From Clostridium polyendosporum (lineage in GTDB: Bacteria; Bacillota; Clostridia; Clostridiales; Clostridiaceae): a DNA stretch of 64,000 bases. Position 1 is the stretch's first letter. Each line of letters opens with the position of its first letter. A program made the translations under genes and the position numbers. The stretch covers positions 31,443 to 95,442 of the forward strand of contig NZ_BOPZ01000012.1 in NCBI RefSeq assembly GCF_018332455.1, read 5' to 3'. The notes beneath the pieces were generated by a model that was given only the letters and a program-made list of their open reading frames with translations, was not told where the DNA came from and searched no databases. Below, piece after piece: positions 57,332 to 64,000 of the stretch.

Positions 57332-59067
57332 TATACCACCTCACTTTCTATTTCGTTGAAGTCCTTGAACTGTTCGCAGTAAATATCATAATATTTCCCT
57401 TTAAGCTGAAGTAGTTCATTATGGTTTCCGCATTCTTTTATTTCTCCATCTTCTATGAACAGAATGATATCGGCATTTTTTACGGCAGAAATTCTATGAG
57501 CTATTATGAAAGTCGTATTTTTAATTTTTCTTTCAGACAGGTTTTTTAGTAATGTATATTCTGTTTCCATATCCAGTGCAGAAGTAGCGTCATCAAGTAC
57601 TAATATAGGAGCTTTTCTCAACAATGCTCTAGCAATGGAAATTCTTTGTTTTTGACCACCGGATAATCCTATACCTCTCTCACCTATTTCTGTATTAAAG
57701 CCTTTTTCAAGGGAAGTAATAAAGTTTAGACAACAAGCTGTCTTACATATACTTTTAATATCCTCTATAGAAGCGTTTTTATTACTAAATTTTATATTAT
57801 TTTCTATACTATCAGAGAAAAGGAATGTATCTTGAGGGACAACGGACATACTGCTTCTCAATTTATTAAGGTTAATGTCTTTAACATTTATTCCATCTAC
57901 TAAAACTTCACCGTCAGATACATCATAATATCTTCCAATTAGATAGAGCAGAGAAGATTTACCAGAACCGGTAGTTCCCATTATAGCAACAGTACTTCCA
58001 GCAGGAATACTTAGATTAACATTCTTTAATATAGTTTCATCATTGTATTTAAAGGAAACATTCTTAAATTCAATTTCTCCACTTATTTCAGAAAGAGAAT
58101 TTGTATGTTCTTTGTTTTTAATTTCTGGTTCTCTATCGATGATAGTAAAGATTTTCTTTGCGGAGGCTTGGTTTTGAGCTAGCATGTTAGTTAGCCAACC
58201 TAACATTCTCATTGGCCATATGAGGTTCCATATATAACCACTAAATGCCACTAACGTACCTAAACTCATTTCATTTTTAATAACTAAAATACCACCAAAT
58301 ATAATCATGATTACTAATGAAATATTTGTTAAAAATTCCATAGGAGGGAAGTAATTTCCTATAATTTTAGCCTGTGTCATGGTTAAATCATAATAGGATC
58401 TATTCATTCTTAAAAACTTTAATACTTCATGTTTTTCTCTAGCAAAGGCCTTTACTAATCTAACACCAGCTATATTTTCCTGAGCAGCAGTATTAATTTC
58501 TGCAGTTTGGTCACTGATCTTGCCACAACAATCGGAGAACTGTTTTTCCAATTTTATTGCCATATATCCTATAGGTACCATTATGATGATACAAGCTAGG
58601 GCAAGTTTCCAACTTAAATAGAACAATATTATGGTGCTAATAACCAAGTAAACTATATTTTCTACAAAAAGCCTTAATCCAAAAGCTATTGTTTGCCATA
58701 TATTCTCTATATCTTCGCCTATCCTTGACATCAATTCACCGGTATTCATATTATCAAAGTACTTAAACTCAAGCTCTTGGATATGCTCAAAAAGTTCATT
58801 TTTGATATCTTCATGAACTTTTGCAGATAGGCTGTCAAAAAGATATTCTTTTGCATATCCGAAAATAGCTTTGATCAATGTAATTGCAAGTATCGATCCG
58901 AGTAGTGGTACAAGTAGAGAAGCTTGCTTATCCATGATGGCCTTATCAACTATTAACTTTTGTAAATAAGGTGTTATATTATCTACAGCTATGATAAAAA
59001 GCATTACTGATGATGCAATAAGCAGTATAGCTTTATGTCTTAGCAGATAGCTAAAAATTCTTTTCAT
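57331..59067 (-). CDS. ABC transporter permease/ATP-binding protein, half-transporter (BmrC/YheI-like)
   Basis: An N-terminal TMD plus NBD (GTTGSGKSS, LSGGQKQR, VLDDATS). It is the first gene of a two-gene operon. Confidence 0.9.
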   Translation of the reverse strand: MKRIFSYLLRHKAILLIASSVMLFIIAVDNITPYLQKLIVDKAIMDKQASLLVPLLGSILAITLIKAIFGYAKEYLFDSLSAKVHEDIKNELFEHIQELEFKYFDNMNTGELMSRIGEDIENIWQTIAFGLRLFVENIVYLVISTIILFYLSWKLALACIIIMVPIGYMAIKLEKQFSDCCGKISDQTAEINTAAQENIAGVRLVKAFAREKHEVLKFLRMNRSYYDLTMTQAKIIGNYFPPMEFLTNISLVIMIIFGGILVIKNEMSLGTLVAFSGYIWNLIWPMRMLGWLTNMLAQNQASAKKIFTIIDREPEIKNKEHTNSLSEISGEIEFKNVSFKYNDETILKNVNLSIPAGSTVAIMGTTGSGKSSLLYLIGRYYDVSDGEVLVDGINVKDINLNKLRSSMSVVPQDTFLFSDSIENNIKFSNKNASIEDIKSICKTACCLNFITSLEKGFNTEIGERGIGLSGGQKQRISIARALLRKAPILVLDDATSALDMETEYTLLKNLSERKIKNTTFIIAHRISAVKNADIILFIEDGEIKECGNHNELLQLKGKYYDIYCEQFKDFNEIESEVV

Positions 59068-59109
59068 AATTTTCCCTCCCGTATTAATTAAGTAGCGCCC
59101 TATATATGC

Positions 59110-59143
59110 AAAAAAAGGTCACAGGAATACCCATGACCTTTTT
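59110..59143 (-). promoter_or_regulatory. Leader terminator hairpin (attenuator segments 3:4) upstream of the ABC exporter operon
   Basis: On the minus strand the sequence is aaggtca…tgaccttt followed by a T7 run, 40-75 nt upstream of the ABC start codon. Confidence 0.55.
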
Positions 59144-59153
59144 GGTAATATAA

Positions 59154-59181
59154 AAGGTCATGAGCAATAGCCCATGACCTT
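59154..59181 (-). promoter_or_regulatory. Leader hairpin (segments 1:2). Its 3' arm catgacctt can instead pair with segment 3 aaggtcatg, forming an antiterminator
   Basis: A 9-bp perfect stem aaggtcatg/catgacctt. The arm sequence is repeated verbatim in the downstream terminator, which allows mutually exclusive structures. Confidence 0.55.
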
Positions 59182-59209
59182 AATTACCGATTAAAATGTA
59201 TAAGAAAGA

Positions 59210-59317
59210 TTAATTATCAGTAATCGTCCACGTAGAGATAGGGCTATTGTTAATATATATTAAAGAATTAGTCTTTATAACGATGCTAAATCCAAGTTGA
59301 TATCTTACTGTTAACAT
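59210..59317 (-). CDS. Candidate 35-aa leader peptide (MLTVRYQLGFSIVIKTNSLIYINNSPISTWTITDN) upstream of the ABC exporter operon
   Basis: A very strong SD aaaggaggt lies 8 nt upstream of the ATG. The ORF ends about 29 nt before the first leader hairpin. It is embedded in the larger 63-aa ORF of the track. Confidence 0.4.
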   Translation of the reverse strand: MLTVRYQLGFSIVIKTNSLIYINNSPISTWTITDN

Positions 59318-59549
59318 ATTTCCTACCTCCTTTTTGTATAATTTATTTAATCGTATAAATTGATTAATTCTATTATATACATATTTTGAAATTAATGTCA
59401 AATAAACACAAAAAAATTTAAGTTAAAGAAATTGTAGTTTATAGTTTAGAAATAGATTTATATATTGGTTATTTTTTAACGAAATATTCTTTTACTATTA
59501 TGCACTGTTTTGATATGTTATTACTATTTATAAAGTAAGGAGTAAAGAT

Positions 59550-60116
59550 ATGAAGAAGAGGATGTTTATGTTTTTAGGAATAATAATAGCACTAGTTGTA
59601 GTTCTTGAAATGTTTATATTTTCCCTTCCCATGATTTCCAGACCAAAGAAAGCAGATGTAATAATAATATTAGGGTGCAAACTTTCCAAAGGGAGTCCAG
59701 GGTTATTTTTGCAGAAGCGAATAGAAAAGGGAATGGAACTTTTTAAGCAAGGATATGGACGTTATATCATAGTTTCTGGAGGAAAAGAAAAAGGAGAAAA
59801 GATTTCAGAAGCTGAGAGCATGTATAGGGTTTTAATTAAATATGGGATAAATGAAGATAGTATAATTTTGGAGGATAAGTCTCAAAATACTTCCGCCAAT
59901 ATCAAAAATTGCACTGAAATAATGAGGGATAGACAATTTAACAGTTCTATAATAGTTTCTAATTTTTTTCACTTAAGAAGAGTATGGATACTAGCTAAGA
60001 GAAATAATATTGATGCTACTTATGATGGGATATTTATTTGGAGATACTTCTGGAAAGAGATACAAGGGTCTATAAGAGAAATACCAGCTATAATTAAGGA
60101 TTCTATATATAGATAA
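59550..60116 (+). CDS. DUF218/YdcF (SanA/ElyC)-family membrane-anchored protein
   Basis: An N-terminal TM. The DUF218 blocks …ADVIIILGCKL… and …YIIVSGGKE… are present. Confidence 0.75.
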   Translation: MKKRMFMFLGIIIALVVVLEMFIFSLPMISRPKKADVIIILGCKLSKGSPGLFLQKRIEKGMELFKQGYGRYIIVSGGKEKGEKISEAESMYRVLIKYGINEDSIILEDKSQNTSANIKNCTEIMRDRQFNSSIIVSNFFHLRRVWILAKRNNIDATYDGIFIWRYFWKEIQGSIREIPAIIKDSIYR

Positions 60117-60129
60117 GTCATAAATAAAG

Positions 60130-60258
60130 TTGGGCAGGTATCCAGCCTATTAAAGATACACAACTTTAATCAGTAAACAATTCATAAAAATAAGAATTTA
60201 GGCATCAGCTCTATTAACTTTGAACCAGATTTTACTTCATGAAATGATAGCAAATAAA
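60130..60258. repeat. Dispersed repeat copy R15 (B + C-fragment + B + A)
   Basis: The pattern ttgggcaggtatccagcct…agatacacaacttt…aattcataaaaa…taggcatcagctct…ccagattttacttcatgaaatgatagcaaat. Confidence 0.7.
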
Positions 60259-60261
60259 AAA

Positions 60262-60300
60262 CCATGTGGTTTTATAAACCTCATGGTTTTTTGGGTTTTT
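60262..60300 (-). terminator. Probable terminator after murC (two overlapping hairpins aaaccatgaggttt / aaaccacatggtttttt)
   Basis: Read on the minus strand. The second stem is followed by a T6 run. Confidence 0.55.
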
Positions 60301-60302
60301 TA

Positions 60303-61679
60303 TTATGAATTTAAATACATTTCTCCCACATTAACAACGTCTCCTGCACCTACGGTTAGAAGTAAGTCCTCTGCTGAGGCTTTTTCTTTTACATAATTTA
60401 ATGCTTCCTCATGAGAGTGAACATTTGTGCACTTAACGCCTTTCGCTCTTAAAGCATCACCAAGTTGCTGTGAACTTACCGTACCTGTATCCTTTTCTCT
60501 TGCTGCATATATATCCATAAGTATAACTTCATCAGCATCGAAAAAGGCTTCTGTAAATTCATTAAATAAGGTTTTAGTTCTTGTGTAGGTATGGGGCTGG
60601 AATACGCAGTATATAGTTTTATGAGATACTTTTTGAGCAGTACTCAAAGTTGCTTTTATTTCAACTGGATGGTGAGCATAGTCATCTATAACTGTAACAC
60701 CATTCTTTTTACCCTTATATTCAAACCTCTTATGAGCGCCTTTACATTGTAATAATCCTTCTATAATTGCATTTGATGATATATTAAATATGAGTCCAAC
60801 ACAAATTGTACAAAGGGCATTTAGAATATTATGCTGACCTGGAACACTCAGATCAACTGAGAATAGTTTGTCTTCTCCTTTATAAGCATCAAAGGATGCG
60901 CATCCTCTTTCGTTAAAGCTAATGTTTCTAGCAGTTACATCGCCATTTTCAAATCCATAGCTTAAGATATTACACTTTGACTTTGCAATTATATCTTGTA
61001 CTCTTGGATCGTCGGCATATCCTACAAGATATCCATCTTTAGGAATTAAGTTAGAGAACTTCTCAAAAGTTTCTTGGATATGATTTATATCTCTATAGTA
61101 ATCTAAATGATCCGCGTCTATATTTAATATTATTCCAATGTATGGATAGAACTTTAAAAAGGATTCTTTATATTCACAAGCTTCAGTAATAAAATAGTCA
61201 CTGTTACCTATTCTAAAGTTTCCGTTTATTATATCTAGTTCTCCGCCTACAAGTATTGTAGGATCAATATCTCCAGTCAAAGTTACATGGGAGATCATTG
61301 ATGTACAAGTGGTTTTTCCATGAGTGCCTGCTACAGCTACGCCATATTTATGACCTTGCATTATCTTACCTAAAAATTCTGCTCTGTCCATAAGTGGTAT
61401 ATTTTCATTTTTTGCCTTAACAAGTTCAGGATTGTCTTGAGGGATAGCAGCAGTATAGACAACCAGGTTTACATCCTTTAAATTTTCACTACTATGGCCT
61501 ATGTATACCTCTGCACCCTTTTCTTCAAGTCTTTTAGTAAGCTCTGATGCCTTTGCATCTGACCCTGAAACCTTGTAGCCTTTATTTAGTAGTACAGCAG
61601 CAAGGCCGCTCATGCTTATTCCACCTATTCCAATAAAATGTACCTTTTTATGCTTATCTTTTATAAAATGAAATGACAA
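60303..61679 (-). CDS. murC: UDP-N-acetylmuramate–L-alanine ligase
   Basis: It reads …[15 protein letters not shown]… and …[11 protein letters not shown]…. A probable TTG start at 61679 lies 7 nt after aaaggag. An ATG at 61706 has no RBS. Confidence 0.9.
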   Translation of the reverse strand: MSFHFIKDKHKKVHFIGIGGISMSGLAAVLLNKGYKVSGSDAKASELTKRLEEKGAEVYIGHSSENLKDVNLVVYTAAIPQDNPELVKAKNENIPLMDRAEFLGKIMQGHKYGVAVAGTHGKTTCTSMISHVTLTGDIDPTILVGGELDIINGNFRIGNSDYFITEACEYKESFLKFYPYIGIILNIDADHLDYYRDINHIQETFEKFSNLIPKDGYLVGYADDPRVQDIIAKSKCNILSYGFENGDVTARNISFNERGCASFDAYKGEDKLFSVDLSVPGQHNILNALCTICVGLIFNISSNAIIEGLLQCKGAHKRFEYKGKKNGVTVIDDYAHHPVEIKATLSTAQKVSHKTIYCVFQPHTYTRTKTLFNEFTEAFFDADEVILMDIYAAREKDTGTVSSQQLGDALRAKGVKCTNVHSHEEALNYVKEKASAEDLLLTVGAGDVVNVGEMYLNS

Positions 61680-61793
61680 AGTATCAACTCCTTTACAAAC
61701 TACCATTATTAATTATATACATTTTTTCCGAATTGACACAACAATTTACAATTATTTTATGAAAAAACAGAAGTTTTTGATACAAAATAATAA

Positions 61794-61812
61794 AGAGCCC
61801 TTTAAGGCTCTG
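61794..61812 (-). terminator. Hairpin terminator for the small minus-strand ORF (agagcc…ggctct)
   Basis: On the minus strand the stem is followed by UUAUUAUUUU. The stop codon lies in the loop. Confidence 0.5.
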
Positions 61813-61936
61813 GTTTAACATTATCATTTTTTCTTGTAGTTTTAACCTTATCAGCTCTATGTTCAATTTCACCATTGTCAACACGGTCAATACCGGCTGC
61901 AGATAATTGTTTGTTTGTTAGTTTTATATTTTTCAT
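61802..61936 (-). CDS. Small hydrophilic protein, 44 aa (MKNIKLTNKQLSAAGIDRVDNGEIEHRADKVKTTRKNDNVKPEP). It is not in the ORF track
   Basis: A strong SD aaaggggtg lies 5 nt upstream of the ATG, with its own terminator downstream. The 65-aa track ORF on the same strand is in another frame. Confidence 0.4.
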   Translation of the reverse strand: MKNIKLTNKQLSAAGIDRVDNGEIEHRADKVKTTRKNDNVKPEP

Positions 61937-62073
61937 AAGAACACCCCTTTCAATAATTATAGTTTCCAGTAAGACGATGTTTATACTTTTGTTTTATATT
62001 GTTAAGATTGCATGAAATTCTCCTTTGGGTAAAAAATAAGACATAGAAAGGAGAGTTGATTATGTCAAAAAAT

Positions 62074-62211
62074 CATGTAAGAAATAATGTAACGGATGAT
62101 GGTCAGAGAAGACAACGACTTCATAAACACCAAGATAATAGAGGTACTAAAAAGAATCCACCAGAATATGAGAACTTAAATGGAGATCCAATTAAATAAG
62201 TAATATTTAGG
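62074..62211 (+). CDS. Small basic Asn/Arg/His-rich protein, 45 aa (MSKNHVRNNVTDDGQRRQRLHKHQDNRGTKKNPPEYENLNGDPIK). It resembles a minor SASP and is not in the ORF track
   Basis: An SD aaaggagag lies 6 nt upstream of the ATG. Its composition resembles Bacillus minor small acid-soluble spore proteins (SspP/SspO-type). It sits where sspF lies in Bacillus, between ksgA and purR. Confidence 0.45.
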
Positions 62212-62230
62212 GACTTAGACTAATAATTAA

Positions 62231-62262
62231 GGCAGGAATTCAATTATAGTGGAATTCCTGCC
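62231..62262. other. Perfect 11-bp hairpin ggcaggaattc…gaattcctgcc without a clear U run
   Basis: Read directly from the sequence. It may be a terminator for the 45-aa ORF or a binding site. Confidence 0.4.
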
Positions 62263-62559
62263 ACAAAAACTTATCATTTGCTTAATCCTTCCTTAAATGG
62301 CTTTATCTATAGCATCTTTTGATTTTTAACAATTCTTATACAATAATTTAGTATCTATACTTATATCTTAGGTAATGGGAAAATTACCCACAGTTTAGTT
62401 AAAAATACATGTATTTTACAAAAAAATTACATAAAAATTAAATTATAGGATAACTGTAAAAGGATTAGTGTTAAAAATATTGATATTGGATATAATATTG
62501 AATACAATATGAATGTTAAGTAGATTTTTTTTAGTTATAGTTCGGATTCATTAAATAAA

Positions 62560-63390
62560 ATGTGGGTGATTGATGTGGAAAAACTAAGTAGAAATAGTAG
62601 AATGGTTGCTATTACAAAGACGTTGTTAGAAAATCCAAATAGGGTTATTGGACTTAATACATTTTCAGAACTATTAAATGCAGCTAAATCAACTATAAGT
62701 GAAGATATAGTTATAGTACGAGAAGTTCTAGAAAAGCTAAGTATGGGAAGGGTAGAGACTATATCAGGAGCAGCAGGTGGAATTAAATATATATCAGGGA
62801 TAGGAGAAGAACAGAGAAAAGGTTTTGCAAATGAGTTGTGTGAAAAGCTGAAGGATAGTAGTAGAGTAGTGCCTGGAAACTTTATTTTCATGACTGATGT
62901 CATGTATAATCCTTACATAATAAGCAGAGCTGGAGTTATACTATCTTCATTTTTTGATAAAAGCAAAGTTGATTATGTTGTTACAGTAGAAACAAAGGGG
63001 ATTCCTCTTGCTTATGAAGTTGCAAGAAATCTTGGGGTTCAATTGGTTATCGTTAGAAGGGATAATAAAGTTACTGAAGGTCCTACAGTAACTATAAATT
63101 ATGTTTCAGGTTCCTCAGGAAGAATACAGCAGATGTCTCTTTCAAAGAGATCTCTTAAGACTGGTAGTAAGTGTATATTTATAGATGACTTTATGAAAGG
63201 TGGAGGAACAGCAAAGGGGATTATAGACTTGTTAAAAGAGTTCGAAAGTGACCTAGTTGGAATTGGAGTATTAGTTGATAATATAGAGGCAGAAAAGAAG
63301 CTTATAAAAGAGTATGTATCCATAGTTGATCTTAGAGGGGTAAGTGATGATGGAGAAGTTAATATGGCTCCATCAAAATTTTTTGAATAA
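62560..63390 (+). CDS. purR: Purine operon repressor PurR (N-terminal wHTH plus a PRT-fold domain)
   Basis: Extensive block identity with B. subtilis PurR (…GAAGGIKYI…, …VVTVETKGIPLAYEVA…, …VIVRRDNKVTEGPTVTINYVSGSS.RIQ.MSL.KRS.KTGS…IDDFMK.GGT…). Confidence 0.9.
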   Translation: MWVIDVEKLSRNSRMVAITKTLLENPNRVIGLNTFSELLNAAKSTISEDIVIVREVLEKLSMGRVETISGAAGGIKYISGIGEEQRKGFANELCEKLKDSSRVVPGNFIFMTDVMYNPYIISRAGVILSSFFDKSKVDYVVTVETKGIPLAYEVARNLGVQLVIVRRDNKVTEGPTVTINYVSGSSGRIQQMSLSKRSLKTGSKCIFIDDFMKGGGTAKGIIDLLKEFESDLVGIGVLVDNIEAEKKLIKEYVSIVDLRGVSDDGEVNMAPSKFFE

Positions 63391-63579
63391 AAGTATATAT
63401 CAGTTATTAATAGCCTCAATATATGATATTTTTTAATGAATTATACATTCAGTTGTGAAGTTAAACATCTATATATTTCTTAAAATAAAAAAAATTTCGA
63501 AAAGTTTAAATAAAAAAAAGGATTTTTCTAAGTTAATATAGAAATATAAAATCATTAAAGCAACTGGAGGTGGAGTGAA

Positions 63580-63858
63580 GTGCAAATCACAGACGTTAGG
63601 ATCAGAAAGATAGCTGCTGAAGGAAAGATGAAAGCCATAGTTTCTGTAACTTTGGACAATGAATTCGTTGTTCATGATATAAAGGTTATAGAAGGACAAA
63701 ATGGTCTATTTATTGCTATGCCAAGTAGAAAGACTCCTGATGGAGAATTCAAGGACATAGCTCATCCAATAAATACCGATACAAGAGAAAAGATACAAAA
63801 AGCTATTTTAGATGAGTATGAAGTGGCGTTAGCAACTGAAACCGAGCAACAGGGGTAG
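63580..63858 (+). CDS. spoVG: Stage V sporulation protein G / SpoVG regulator (GTG start)
   Basis: The protein begins [11 protein letters not shown]…[34 protein letters not shown]. An SD ggaggtgga precedes the GTG start. Confidence 0.9.
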   Translation: MQITDVRIRKIAAEGKMKAIVSVTLDNEFVVHDIKVIEGQNGLFIAMPSRKTPDGEFKDIAHPINTDTREKIQKAILDEYEVALATETEQQG

Positions 63859-63863
63859 TGAAT

Positions 63864-63892
63864 AAAAGGAAGTTTTACTTCCTTTTATTCAG
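63864..63892 (+). terminator. Intrinsic terminator after spoVG (aaaaggaagt…acttcctttt)
   Basis: A 10-bp stem followed by ATTC. A second hairpin ccctctgttt…aaacaggggg + T5 follows at 63905-63933. Confidence 0.7.
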
Positions 63893-64000
63893 TTTGCTGA
63901 AAAACCCTCTGTTTTTTAAACAGGGGGTTTTTCTAGCAAACTTGTGGATAAATTTTAAAAGAGAGCTTTTCTATTAATTTGAATAAAATTTTATATAAAT

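Noticed and set aside
61693-61890. 65-aa minus-strand ORF from the track
   Set aside because: It has no RBS. It overlaps murC's start region and the better-supported 44-aa ORF, which is in another frame and has a strong SD.
62535-63419. Minus-strand ORFs of 122 and 106 aa
   Set aside because: They are antisense within purR.
1-64000. CRISPR arrays, tRNA/rRNA genes, transposases and phage genes
   Set aside because: I looked for regularly spaced direct repeats, tRNA-like GC-rich cloverleaf segments and IS terminal inverted repeats with transposase ORFs. None was found. The only repetitive DNA is the palindromic intergenic repeat family and the in-gene tandem repeats.

Overview
This is a chromosomal segment from a low-GC (roughly 28-30% GC) Firmicute, most likely a Clostridium. 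It is mostly housekeeping backbone with recognisable Bacillus/Clostridium synteny, such as tatD–yabE-like–rnmV–rsmA(ksgA) and murC … purR–spoVG.

Genes recognised from the sequence include:
- metG behind a T-box leader, and asnS;
- spmA and spmB;
- nrdD, a YidC-like gene, and nrdG;
- deoB and punA;
- mntH divergent from a DtxR/MntR-family regulator;
- lgt, an mrp/apbC gene and a ferredoxin;
- pepA and two M24 peptidases;
- a sigI–rsgI sigma/anti-sigma pair;
- a compact [NiFe]-hydrogenase cluster: a cytochrome b5-like gene, the small and large subunits, and a maturation protease;
- a heterodimeric BmrCD/YheIH-type ABC exporter, plus a second ABC ATPase with a large permease;
- a MATE efflux transporter and a long flotillin/SPFH protein.

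Two things stand out beyond ordinary annotation.
- A family of at least 15 copies of a modular, palindromic intergenic repeat is scattered through the window. The repeats are built from three recurring modules, appear in either orientation, and are sometimes nested or tandem. One copy sits in-frame inside a CDS and another lies between the metG T-box terminator and its start codon.
- The BmrCD-like exporter has a leader-peptide plus alternative-hairpin arrangement upstream that reads like a ribosome-mediated transcription attenuator.

I found no rRNA, tRNA, CRISPR array, transposase or phage genes. Several ORFs in the six-frame track run antisense to or inside real genes and are rejected as spurious. 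Gene starts were refined by ribosome-binding-site inspection and remain approximate.
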